64,000 nucleotides of DNA, taken from positions 480,001 to 544,000 of the forward strand of contig CBDDCA010000006.1 of the NCBI GenBank assembly GCA_965226055.1. The letters are read 5' to 3'. The position numbers were made by a program, and so were the translations under genes. This DNA is from Spirochaetia bacterium (GTDB lineage: Bacteria > Spirochaetota > Spirochaetia > WTKD01 > G963693115). The notes under the pieces were generated by a model that was given only the letters and a program-made list of their open reading frames with translations, ran no database searches and was not told the DNA's origin. Below are positions 45,401-54,719 of this stretch, in pieces (the first letter of the stretch is position 1; each line of letters starts with the position of its first letter).

Positions 45401-47005
45401 TTCTGCTATGCTTATGCTGTACTCTTTTATGTCTTTGTTATTGGCCTTTGCTGCATCGGGTGCTGTCCATGTTATCTGTGTGCCTATCTTTGTGGGTGAT
45501 ACAAAAGGATAGCTCGCTTGTATGCTTGTCACTGCATCGGGGGCGGTGCCATCATCTACTGTGGTAGTAGTAGCTGTTATTTTTGCTCCTTTGTTGCCTG
45601 TGTAGTCTTGTGACTGTACTGCTATGCTGTATTCAGTGGTAGCTTTTAGTCCTGTTATCTGCGTGTTTCTTAGTGTTCTCTCTGTTATTGTTACTGTCTT
45701 TGCTGGGCTGTTCTTTTCTGTTACTGTTATAGTCACTCCTGCATAGTCTCTTACATCGGGGGCTTGCCAGCCTACTACTAGGCTTGTTGCTCCTCCTACG
45801 GCACTCACATTGCTTACAGGCTCTGTGCTTTTGTCTGTTGTTGCTTGTTCTTTTGATACTGCAGTGGAGTACTTTCCGTTTTGAGAGACATACACTTCTA
45901 CTTTGTAGGTAAGCGTGCCGTAGAGTTTTGTGAGGGCTATGCCGTCCTTTGCTACATACACAGTGGCGTACTCTTGGTTGTCTGCACTTGCAGAACTGAG
46001 TTTGGCTGTACTACTATTGCTCACTGTTTCGTATGCTATGAGAGTATTTGTTGCTGTTGCTATCACTCGTACTTGGAGATTTTTATCTGTAAAGGCAAAG
46101 TTTCCCCACTTGATAAGCAGGCTTTCATCGGCTGGGCTATTGCTTTTATCGTTTGCTGTTACTGTAAGGTCTGCCTCTGGCAGTGCTGCTACTGTTTGTG
46201 AGAGTGCTGATGGCACTATGCCTCTGAGCGCTTGCTTTGCCGTGCTTTCGTTGCCATTGCTATCTCTGTATACTACTGTTACATCATAGCTTATGCCGTC
46301 TATAGTAGGGACAGCAATAGTTACTTCTCCTTGTGTTACATCTTGTACTGTTACTTCTTTTTTTACATTAGTGGTGCTTTCTATCACCTGTACTATGGCT
46401 TCTGCTATGTCTGTTTTGCCTGACGAGAGCAGTGCTTTGTCCCATGTTAGCTTTATGCCATTTGTTGCTGATTCTACTGCTACCTTGTTGAAGGTATCTT
46501 GAGGTTTCGTTGTATCTGTCAATGTTGTCACAGAGCGGGTTGTTTTTGGTGATACTTCTGTATCTGAGCCTGAGTTTGACTTCTGGGCTTCTATTTCTAC
46601 AGTATAATCGGTAGTGGCATGCAAGCCTCTGAGCGTGTAGAGCCTGTTTTGTTGAAACAATGCACGATATTCTATTGCAGGAACACGCACCTGTATTGAT
46701 TGTACTGGTGTCGTTGATGTAGCTTTTACAACTACATGCGTGGCATCGCTTGGGGCTTCCCAGCGTAACGAGAGCGTCCCATCGTTGCTTGCTGCTTGTA
46801 TCTGCACATTGGACACTGATGCGAGTGTCGGTGTTACCTGTTTTCCCCCTCCGCCTGATGAGGAACTACTACTGCCCTCCGAACATCCTGCGAGTACGAG
46901 GATAGTCATTGCTAGCACTAAAATCAGTGCAACTAGAGTTATGCTATACTTACTTTGTAGCTTACTATTTATCTGATAGTTTAGTTTTTCATTACTTTTT
47001 TTCAT
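42443..47005 (-). CDS. Large surface lipoprotein with multiple fibronectin type III-like domains and a C-terminal DUF285 block
   Basis: Lipobox VLAGC plus Ser/Gly tether. LRWEAP, VGWQAP, ITWTAP, VSWTAP and TGLxxxTxYxIxV FN3 motifs. C-terminal PTTKAQL...FNQDIGKWNVSNVTD. Confidence 0.85.
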   Translation of the reverse strand: MKKSNEKLNYQINSKLQSKYSITLVALILVLAMTILVLAGCSEGSSSSSSGGGGKQVTPTLASVSNVQIQAASNDGTLSLRWEAPSDATHVVVKATSTTPVQSIQVRVPAIEYRALFQQNRLYTLRGLHATTDYTVEIEAQKSNSGSDTEVSPKTTRSVTTLTDTTKPQDTFNKVAVESATNGIKLTWDKALLSSGKTDIAEAIVQVIESTTNVKKEVTVQDVTQGEVTIAVPTIDGISYDVTVVYRDSNGNESTAKQALRGIVPSALSQTVAALPEADLTVTANDKSNSPADESLLIKWGNFAFTDKNLQVRVIATATNTLIAYETVSNSSTAKLSSASADNQEYATVYVAKDGIALTKLYGTLTYKVEVYVSQNGKYSTAVSKEQATTDKSTEPVSNVSAVGGATSLVVGWQAPDVRDYAGVTITVTEKNSPAKTVTITERTLRNTQITGLKATTEYSIAVQSQDYTGNKGAKITATTTTVDDGTAPDAVTSIQASYPFVSPTKIGTQITWTAPDAAKANNKDIKEYSISIAEKGTSTTVVNEKKIPYPTTALSVEELVQGKTYTITIQAIDYAGNKSSQATKDITTPQPTAPSEDLFQNKPSLDTTGAIQIKATFKQAPGIGSYYTLRMYDGATLVAEKSITASVTAITFGIADGLEVPKVQANAKNYRFTFLTIANNIVSPVTTLADTVAVYDSTSTAPPAAKDAKLSVESVTQITATAVYTFSAGDITDTNKAPSGSKLTQAQIQYKVYIAEGDHSTKTLEAIKGLAGVQTQNIAGDSTLQVRFIGTKGADYTAGVEAINSLNPSYSIGASATIKKATLTAPPSTPKVTTYTNSNAVVFAVPATGGNRGKKVITVQVNASSIAGVSKANGNALEATDLAYYVLYLKKEDSTGKPASVSALWAVEKSSVKVAKYTKATGTTQDTISIPIVDSTSGSNAGATPIETAKDYYIGVRIVNTTSPNYDATNSDKLFPAGFYTDVTEIKEVYTSKAVAPNQSLLTGKLVVSQSTNTTGTIKLVLTELNTFTGAKDYDGTSITANDKLVYTVYGLQKDTNPTVAEVLAGRKINLGSASSGVYTVPALASLGLSSDTAPVVAIKGATKYYFVVEVAVKTDTSKKAVSTVASVTTASQATAPAEVSTIQTRVAQTGMRVSWTAPSLSASHKANTGDTLTVAQVSYKVYKVAKGGSARNVAAIKQADSSPTTVAAGTTNTTLTGLTNGTTYEIVVQAVNSTDDTKASTGQRHEFEARGIAIGNTSIVSAEVGTALASNTTRVLASTPSGNAFTCDANILEADAEKIKKETGLAVSFDQSSKTVTITGIANKSNIRDTAITEYSYDVAQCTLTASKKKVPATIVIRTDIRTAPSGKAATYYRPTTKAQLQTIISEEKTRQGSGGNNNPSPNLNMIDTSAITEMSLLFNSSTFNGDITQWNMGNVEDMSYMFFQATAFNQDIGKWNVSNVTDVDFMFVSATAFNQNLSSWRLCKTTINRGDFQRSAMVSKTAQYPKDSTDKVACPSS

Positions 47006-47109
47006 AATGTTCTCCTTATAATTATCTATTTATTGTATAATTATACTATACATAATACACAAGTCTTATTATATCAAAAACACTATTTTTTGTGTTATGT
47101 CTGAAAATT

Positions 47110-47127
47110 AAAAAAAAAAAAAAAAAA
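47110..47127. repeat. A18 homopolymer (T18 on the coding strand) about 105 nt upstream of the FN3 lipoprotein
   Basis: 18 consecutive A at 47110-47127. Confidence 0.9.
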
Positions 47128-47182
47128 TACACTGGATTACACAAAAATGCATAACAATAAAGTGATAATAAAGCACTTTGTA

Positions 47183-48745
47183 TTATTGGTGTTTAATCAA
47201 CTTCAAACGCACTACTACCTCTACATGTGCTGTATGAGGAAACATATCCACAGGCTGACATACATCTACTCTATAATGAGACTGTAATAATTCTATATCA
47301 CGTACCATTGTAAAAGGATTACAGCTAACATATATAATAGTAGGGACCTTATATGTCTTAAGAAATTGTATTACCGATTGATGAAGGCCTGCTCGTGGAG
47401 GATCAACAATAACTACATCAGCTCTATCTAACTTTGCACTTTGATGAAGCAATTCTTCGGCAGGATAACAAAAAAAATCTATATTCTTTATACTATTTAA
47501 TTTTGCATTTTCACGTGCAGCCTGTATTGACTGAGGTACAATATCAATCCCCGTAACCTGCATAGCATCTTTTGCAAGAAATAGCCCTATGCTTCCTATT
47601 CCACAGTATACATCTAGTATCCTTTGAGGAGTATGCGTTTCTATAAGATCATTGATAACAGTATAAAGTGTTTCGGCCTGTCGCGAGTTAGTTTGGTAGA
47701 ATACTTTAGGATAAATACGCAAATAGATATGTCCACACTGTTCAATAATATACTGATTTCCAAAAAGATGTATCATATCTAAATCTAAAATATCATCATT
47801 TTTTTTAGAATTTACCACCACATAAAATGAATCAAAACGATCTATTTCTTTTTTTTCATAAGAAGATTCTGTATGCTGCGTGTCAGTATGTTGAGGTTGA
47901 GGACGAAACGACTCTACATATGTTCTTAATAAGTGCAATAGTTCATCATTGCATTGAGCAATACTAAGAATTCCCATACATTGGCGTATCATACTAGCAT
48001 CCCTCTGTGATGATATATCGTTCCCTTGCATAGTATGCAAAGCACAGGATGATCTATACAAAGAAGAGCGTACAGTCAATGTTCGTAGTATACCAGTATG
48101 ATGACGGCTATTATAATATGGAATAGCATTATTTCTTGCCCAAACATCAATGCTGTTTCGCACATTATTTGAAAGGTGCAGAAAACACTGTTGCAACTGA
48201 ACTACCCTATCATAAAATCCCTTTACATGAAATCCAAGAGCTCGTCTATCTAAGGCATTGTCTGTGTTATCATCAATCTCATTATCATACACCCAACGCA
48301 TAGTACTAAAACTATAGTCTATTTTATTTCGATAATAGGTATTACTCCTACATGGAATAATATCTCGCATATGATACTGATAGGGTAATGCAAGCTGTTT
48401 GAATATATCCTGTACCATTACTGATTTTAATTGCAACTGATCAGCATAAGAAAACTCCTGTCGACTACAGCCTCCACAATAGGTATAATGTGAACAAAAA
48501 GGATGAAAGCGTTTGTATGTACTGCGTATAATCTTTGTTGCTTTTAATTGTTTTTTTCTTGTCTTTCGTTTCGTATTTTTCTGCATCACCGTAATAACAT
48601 CACCCGGTACTGTATTTGGCACTGAATAGATTGTATTATCAATAGACACTAATCCCTGTCCCTTATGATCTACGCTAGACACAGTCAAAAAACTATTAGG
48701 TGAGACACAAGATATTGTATTACTAAGACGCTTTTGTTTACTCAT
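47183..48745 (-). CDS. rlmD: 23S rRNA m5U methyltransferase, RlmD/TrmA family
   Basis: CSHYTYCGGC Fe-S motif, YYRNK, FYQTN, DVYCGIG, VDPPRAG, YVSCNP, VDMFPHTAHVE. Confidence 0.88.
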   Translation of the reverse strand: MSKQKRLSNTISCVSPNSFLTVSSVDHKGQGLVSIDNTIYSVPNTVPGDVITVMQKNTKRKTRKKQLKATKIIRSTYKRFHPFCSHYTYCGGCSRQEFSYADQLQLKSVMVQDIFKQLALPYQYHMRDIIPCRSNTYYRNKIDYSFSTMRWVYDNEIDDNTDNALDRRALGFHVKGFYDRVVQLQQCFLHLSNNVRNSIDVWARNNAIPYYNSRHHTGILRTLTVRSSLYRSSCALHTMQGNDISSQRDASMIRQCMGILSIAQCNDELLHLLRTYVESFRPQPQHTDTQHTESSYEKKEIDRFDSFYVVVNSKKNDDILDLDMIHLFGNQYIIEQCGHIYLRIYPKVFYQTNSRQAETLYTVINDLIETHTPQRILDVYCGIGSIGLFLAKDAMQVTGIDIVPQSIQAARENAKLNSIKNIDFFCYPAEELLHQSAKLDRADVVIVDPPRAGLHQSVIQFLKTYKVPTIIYVSCNPFTMVRDIELLQSHYRVDVCQPVDMFPHTAHVEVVVRLKLIKHQ

Positions 48746-48840
48746 GTAGTATCCTCATTATAGGTACAAATAGTCAAAGATATTGTTATACCTAAAAATA
48801 TTATATAAATATATCAATATATGTTATTATAGTATATAGT

Positions 48841-49506
48841 ATGGAAAGCCTCTCTGTTGAAAAAAAAATACAAATATTAGAAAGCTATTTGACCCCTGAA
48901 CGAAAACAAAGAATACACCGTGTACTTTCCCATCGCACTCGTTTTCTCAATGTCATATTAGAAAATATCTATCAACCTCATAATGCAAGTGCAGTACTTC
49001 GTTCTTGCGAAGCCTTTGGCGTACAAGATATACATATTATTGAACAAACAAACAGCTTTGCTCCTATAGACACAGTGGCTATGGGAAGCTCAAAATGGCT
49101 TTCAATTCATCATTACAAAGATACTGTGAAGACAGTATACGATACGCTCCGTACACAAGGATATACTATTTATGCAACCTGTCCTCACGAAAACGCTCGA
49201 AGCATAGATACATTAGAACTACACAATAATAAAAAAATATCCATTGCTTTTGGTAACGAATTAAATGGCTTATCGCAAGAAGCCATTGATTACGCTGATG
49301 AGATACTCTATTTACCTATGTATGGTTTTGTAGAAAGTTTCAACATTTCTGTGTCAGTTGCAATTACTCTGTCTAATCTCATACGCAGAATGAAACAAGA
49401 AAATATTGATACAAACCTCAGCCAAGAAGAAAAACACAATATATTACTTGAATGGCTTTTGGTTGATGTACATAAAGCAGACGAGATATTAAAAAAACAC
49501 CAATAG
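48841..49506 (+). CDS. trmH: SPOUT RNA methyltransferase, TrmH family
   Basis: HNASAVLRSCEAFG, FGNELNG, PMYGFVESFNISV. Confidence 0.85.
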   Translation: MESLSVEKKIQILESYLTPERKQRIHRVLSHRTRFLNVILENIYQPHNASAVLRSCEAFGVQDIHIIEQTNSFAPIDTVAMGSSKWLSIHHYKDTVKTVYDTLRTQGYTIYATCPHENARSIDTLELHNNKKISIAFGNELNGLSQEAIDYADEILYLPMYGFVESFNISVSVAITLSNLIRRMKQENIDTNLSQEEKHNILLEWLLVDVHKADEILKKHQ

Positions 49507-49569
49507 CACTAAAATAAAAAACCACAGCTTATTCTTCAATCAAGTTATATATACATTTGTATTTTATAA

Positions 49570-51327
49570 ATGAATTACACCGATGAATATAATGTTGAAT
49601 CTATAAAAAAAATAGCAAAAGAAAATTTCAATGTAGAACATCTTTTTCCCATTCAGCTGTTTATCATTTATAATCTATTACACAAAAAACCCTCTCCTGC
49701 TCATACCCTAGCAACAAAGCACAATACTGAAAACACATCCCTTCCAGAAGACATAGACGATGCATTGTATTACAAAAAATATCAAATTATTATTTTACCA
49801 ACTGGTATGGGAAAGACCTTGTGTTTTCAAATACCAGCACTGTTATCAAAAAAACCAACATTAGTCATTTACCCACTACTTAGTCTTATTCACGATCAAT
49901 TTCATCGATTTCATAACGCTATCCCTACCAAAGTTCTCGTTGGAGGCATGCCGTACGCACAAACAGAAGAGATACTTGAACAAACACAGAAAGGCACTAT
50001 TAAATGTATACTCAGCAATCCAGAAACTATACTCGCCTATAAAAAGAAATTACAAAACATTCAATTTAGTAGTATCATACTAGACGAGGCACACTGCATT
50101 AGCAAATGGGGACTTAGCTTTCGCCCTAGCTATGCAAACATAGGCAACATGCTCTCTCACATGAACTTTGAATATATTGCTGCATTTACTGCAACTGCAT
50201 CCCATACTGTCATAGAAGATATTACCAGACTTGCCTTTCATAATGAAAGACCCTATATTGTAAATGAAGATGCAAACAGAAAAAATATAAGCTACAGTGC
50301 TCTCCATTGCATCCATAAAGACAGGGCATTACTATCTCTTTTAAGTACTCCAAAACACAAAAAGAATAGTACAGAAAAAGACAATACTCACACATATAGT
50401 GATTCTTCACACTCCACATCACAAGCACAGGAAGTTCCTGCATATCTTCCTTGCCAAAGCAATTTTAGTACAATAGAGCGTCCTGCTATTATTTTTTGTA
50501 ATAACAGAAAAGAATGCCGTAGGCTTGCGTTACTTTTACATGATACATTACAGGATAACGAAATATACTTTTATCACGCAGGCTTAAGTAAAGAAGAGAA
50601 AAAAAATATTGAACAATGGTTTTTTACAAGCGAAAATGGAGTACTTGTATCCACTTGTGCATATGGGATGGGGGTAGATAAATCAAACATACGAACAGTC
50701 ATTCATGTGGATAATTTTACAGACATAGAATCATACTTACAAGAAAGCGGACGAGCAGGAAGAGACCGAAACCCTGCAAAAGCCATTCAGCTTTGTACTG
50801 TAAACGATATAAGTTACACAATACTCAACACTAGCATGACAGCTCGTTCCAACAAGGATATAGCAACAACGCTACAAAAAAAGACACACAGCTTATTTGA
50901 ACAGTATCTTCTTGCCACTGCCTGTCGGAGAACATTTCTTATAGAAGCATTACAATCGGAATGTTCATTTTGCGAAGGCTGCGATAGCTGCAAAGGAAAT
51001 AATTGTACTGTATCTCCAGAACTGCTATTATTACTGCAATGTATTGAAACATACGCAGGTATGTATAGTGCTCATTATTTTACACACAACAATCTTAACC
51101 ATATATTTTCTGAACCCCAACATACATCAAATACATTATTATCCCTTGTTATGCATATGTTCTCCACATGGACTACCCCACAGATACAAACATGTATAAG
51201 CAACTTACAAACGCTAAACATTATAAAAAAAGGAAAATTTCTATGGAAAGATCGTCTTTTTCTTACTAAAAAAGGAAAACAGTTTCTTCGTTTACTAAAA
51301 GCATACAATGAGAAAAAAAATTACTAA
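49570..51327 (+). CDS. recQ: RecQ family DNA helicase
   Basis: PTGMGKTLC, DEAHCISKWG.SFRP, YHAGL, GMGVDK, QESGRAGRD, Zn-binding CRR...C..CD.C. Confidence 0.9.
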   Translation: MNYTDEYNVESIKKIAKENFNVEHLFPIQLFIIYNLLHKKPSPAHTLATKHNTENTSLPEDIDDALYYKKYQIIILPTGMGKTLCFQIPALLSKKPTLVIYPLLSLIHDQFHRFHNAIPTKVLVGGMPYAQTEEILEQTQKGTIKCILSNPETILAYKKKLQNIQFSSIILDEAHCISKWGLSFRPSYANIGNMLSHMNFEYIAAFTATASHTVIEDITRLAFHNERPYIVNEDANRKNISYSALHCIHKDRALLSLLSTPKHKKNSTEKDNTHTYSDSSHSTSQAQEVPAYLPCQSNFSTIERPAIIFCNNRKECRRLALLLHDTLQDNEIYFYHAGLSKEEKKNIEQWFFTSENGVLVSTCAYGMGVDKSNIRTVIHVDNFTDIESYLQESGRAGRDRNPAKAIQLCTVNDISYTILNTSMTARSNKDIATTLQKKTHSLFEQYLLATACRRTFLIEALQSECSFCEGCDSCKGNNCTVSPELLLLLQCIETYAGMYSAHYFTHNNLNHIFSEPQHTSNTLLSLVMHMFSTWTTPQIQTCISNLQTLNIIKKGKFLWKDRLFLTKKGKQFLRLLKAYNEKKNY

Positions 51328-51371
51328 CATACAATATTCCTATAAAACAACAAAACTACTATACTAATAGC

Positions 51372-51956
51372 ATGGAAGTTTCAAGAGAAAAAGCACTTAC
51401 ATTATTACAACAGTACATTACTACACAAAATCTATTACAACATTGCTTTGCAGTAGAAGCAATTATGCGACACTTTGCTCAATACGCTCAAAAAATTGCA
51501 CATATAGATGAAACATTTGACATAGAATACTGGGGACTCGTTGGTTTACTTCATGACTTAGATTGGGAAAAATATCCCGAAGAACATTGTGATAAAACAG
51601 CAGCCATCCTCAAAGAAGCTGGATACTCTGATACATTTATCTATTCAATTAGAAGTCATGGCTGGACTATTTGCACTCATGATGAACCAAAACATTTTAT
51701 GGAAAAAGTACTGTTTGCCTGTGATGAATTAAGCGGGCTTATAGTAGCAACAGCTCTTGTACGTCCATCAAAATCGCTATCAGATCTTACCGTAAAATCA
51801 GTGATGAAAAAATGGAAAACTCCTACCTTTGCTGCAGGAGCAGACCGTGCCATTATTCAGAAAGGAGCTAATATGTTAGGATTGGAATTACAAGTACTTA
51901 TAGAAGAATGTATTACTGCTATGAAAACTGTTGCTCCCACTATTGGATTACAATAA
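51372..51956 (+). CDS. HD-domain (HDIG-type) hydrolase
   Basis: LLQHC.AVE, GLLHDLD, DELSGLI..ALVRPSK. Confidence 0.85.
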   Translation: MEVSREKALTLLQQYITTQNLLQHCFAVEAIMRHFAQYAQKIAHIDETFDIEYWGLVGLLHDLDWEKYPEEHCDKTAAILKEAGYSDTFIYSIRSHGWTICTHDEPKHFMEKVLFACDELSGLIVATALVRPSKSLSDLTVKSVMKKWKTPTFAAGADRAIIQKGANMLGLELQVLIEECITAMKTVAPTIGLQ

Positions 51957-52007
51957 ATATATGATGAACATTACAATAAATTGAAAAAAATTTCTGCAAT
52001 TAGGCGT

Positions 52008-52589
52008 CTACATACAGAAGAACAGTATTGTAGATCCTCCAAACACTTTTTTATCAATACATTGTAATATAAGATAAGTATCTACATACGATAATATTTC
52101 TTCTGTTTCATGAGAAGGGATATGCAATATCACTACACTTTTAGGATGACATATTCTACTATGGCATACCTTATACAACAGATCTTTTTTGTACCTATAT
52201 ACAAATGGAGGATCAAGATACAGTACATCAAAACATACATTGTGCCTTACAATAAATAATTCTGCACTCATACGTTTAAGAGCAAACGATGTTGGTCTTA
52301 TCTTGAAGTTCTGGGTAATAATATGCCATTTTTTAGAATCTTTTTCCACTGCAGTAGCGTACAAAAATCCTCGTGATACAGCTTCTATCGACATCAATCC
52401 AGACCCTGAAAAGAGATCTAAAAAAGTAAGCTCCATAGAAAAAGAAAGACTATTGGCATGAATATAATTAAATATCTTTTGAAAAACAGAATTACGTACC
52501 TTTGCCATAACAGGACGAATAGTCTGTTGTGGACAATAAATACGTCTTTGTTTGAATTCGCCACCAGCTATACTTAATGTTTTTTGCAT
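52008..52589 (-). CDS. rsmD: RsmD family rRNA methyltransferase
   Basis: IAGGEFK, IRP, LDLFSGSG, EAVSRG, LDPPF. Confidence 0.85.
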   Translation of the reverse strand: MQKTLSIAGGEFKQRRIYCPQQTIRPVMAKVRNSVFQKIFNYIHANSLSFSMELTFLDLFSGSGLMSIEAVSRGFLYATAVEKDSKKWHIITQNFKIRPTSFALKRMSAELFIVRHNVCFDVLYLDPPFVYRYKKDLLYKVCHSRICHPKSVVILHIPSHETEEILSYVDTYLILQCIDKKVFGGSTILFFCM

Positions 52590-52610
52590 ATAATATATTT
52601 TCTACTACAA

Positions 52611-54719
52611 TTACACAGTCTTATTATACTGTTGCATCATTTTCTTTAATTGTGCATGTTCTTGTTTCTCAAGAGTCGGATCTTCTTCTGCTATTTTCTT
52701 TGCAAGAGACTGAGAACGATATAATATATCAGTATCTCCCTGAGTATCTAAAAACTGAAAAAAGAGAGAGCCTGATTGTCGTAACCCTAGCTGATCTATA
52801 TCTCCAGGACCTCGAAGCTCTAAATCTTTTTCTGCTATCTCAAAACCATCATTACTTTCATATATTATTTTGAGACGTTCTTTTGCAATATCATTGAGGG
52901 GAGCATTATATACTAATAATACTGTTCCAGGTAATGTTCCTCTTCCTACTCTCCCTCGTAACTGATGTAATGTAGCAAGCCCAAATCGTTCAGCATTAAA
53001 AATACACATAAGTGTTGCATTATGAACATCAATGCCTACTTCAATAATAGTGGTACATAACAATGCTGCAATTTCCTTTTTTTCAAAACGTATCATAATT
53101 TCTTTCTGTTCCTTTGCATCTATCTTTGAATGCAATACTTCTACCGAAAAAGGATGTAACTGCGATTGAATTTCTTGTTGCATTGCTATTACCGAACTCA
53201 TCTCCACAGCACTTTTTGTTTGCTCATCATCTTCAAGCCCAATTTGCGGAAACACAAAGAATGCTTGCTCACCTTTTTGTAATACACTACGAATAAATGC
53301 ATACATACGATGACGATTATTAAAATCTATCATTCTACATTCTGGCGTAGTACTAATACCAGGCTTTTCGTTCAATGTACTAATATCCAAATGAGAATAC
53401 AATGTAAGAGCAAGTGTACGCGGTATAGGAGTAGCTGACATAAGAAGCATATCCGCATCGTTCCCTTTTTCAAGAAGTGCTTGCCTTTGTTCTATCCCAA
53501 AGCGATGTTGTTCATCAAACACTATAAAGCCGAGATTATTGTACACAACATTCTCAGAGTAAAGAGCATGAGTACCAATAATAAAATGAACAGCGTTCTG
53601 AGAAATTCCCTGCATTACCAAACTACGATCTTTTGTCATCATAGAACCAGTTAATACACAACAGCGCACTGCCTCTCTTGACGATAGGGATGCATTAAGA
53701 GTACTGAGCAAATCAGAGATTCTGCGATAATGTTGATGAGCCAATGTTTCTGATGGAGCTACTAACACTACTTGCTGTTTATTTTCAATAGCAATAAGTG
53801 CACAAATAAGAGCTACTAAAGTTTTACCAGAACCTACATCACCTTGAAGAAGACGTCTCATAGGATAGTCACTTAGCATATCCTTTTCTATTTCATGCAC
53901 TATTTGTATTTGTCCACGTGTTAAAGAAAAAGGTAAGGATTTTATGAATAATGCTACTAACATATCCGATTGATGACGTTTATTTTCTCGAATATGTTTT
54001 TTATCAAGACTTGATAATTCTAGCGATAATTGAAATAAAAGCGCTTCATCAAAAGCAAGGTTTTTTCGTGCTTTTATAATAGCTTCCTTACTTTCAGGAA
54101 AGTGTACAGAACGAATACTCATATCTCTATTCATAGTATGTGTTGGATAATAGTTTTCGTAGGGATGCAATGAAGGAAACGCAGAAGCTCGCTGTAAACA
54201 GCTTTTCATGAGCTTAAAAAAAGCTACCTGAGAAAAAGATGCTGGCGTCTTATAATGAGGAATAATCCCTTGCATTCTTTGTGTATCAGTTATAATCTCA
54301 AATTGACTTGAAATAAACTGGTTACCTCTTATTTTTCTTTTTGAAGTATCAGCAAATTTAGCCCATAGTATCGCTTTCATACGTATAGGCAAGAGATTTT
54401 TTATAAAATCTCTTCCATAACAATGTAACTCACCCACTGTATGTTCCTCATCTTCAAATATTATTTTCAGTAGCCTTCCTCTGTTTCTCAGCTGCACATA
54501 GGTATGTGATAACACAGTAATGGAAATAAGAGCGTACGCACTTGTATCAGTAATAGCATGCAATGTTTTCAACTCATCTCTCCATTCATAGTCGACTGGA
54601 ATATGCGCTAAAATATCGCCTATGGTAACAATATCTAATTGCTCTAATTTATTGATATAATGTTTTGTAATGATAGGAAAATTTTTTAAGGAAATATCTA
54701 TATCAGAAAATAATATCAT
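52611..54719 (-). CDS. recG: ATP-dependent DNA helicase RecG
   Basis: LQGDVGSGKT, DEQHRFG, SATPIPRTL, HQLRGRVGRG, DLELRGPG. Confidence 0.95.
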   Translation of the reverse strand: MILFSDIDISLKNFPIITKHYINKLEQLDIVTIGDILAHIPVDYEWRDELKTLHAITDTSAYALISITVLSHTYVQLRNRGRLLKIIFEDEEHTVGELHCYGRDFIKNLLPIRMKAILWAKFADTSKRKIRGNQFISSQFEIITDTQRMQGIIPHYKTPASFSQVAFFKLMKSCLQRASAFPSLHPYENYYPTHTMNRDMSIRSVHFPESKEAIIKARKNLAFDEALLFQLSLELSSLDKKHIRENKRHQSDMLVALFIKSLPFSLTRGQIQIVHEIEKDMLSDYPMRRLLQGDVGSGKTLVALICALIAIENKQQVVLVAPSETLAHQHYRRISDLLSTLNASLSSREAVRCCVLTGSMMTKDRSLVMQGISQNAVHFIIGTHALYSENVVYNNLGFIVFDEQHRFGIEQRQALLEKGNDADMLLMSATPIPRTLALTLYSHLDISTLNEKPGISTTPECRMIDFNNRHRMYAFIRSVLQKGEQAFFVFPQIGLEDDEQTKSAVEMSSVIAMQQEIQSQLHPFSVEVLHSKIDAKEQKEIMIRFEKKEIAALLCTTIIEVGIDVHNATLMCIFNAERFGLATLHQLRGRVGRGTLPGTVLLVYNAPLNDIAKERLKIIYESNDGFEIAEKDLELRGPGDIDQLGLRQSGSLFFQFLDTQGDTDILYRSQSLAKKIAEEDPTLEKQEHAQLKKMMQQYNKTV

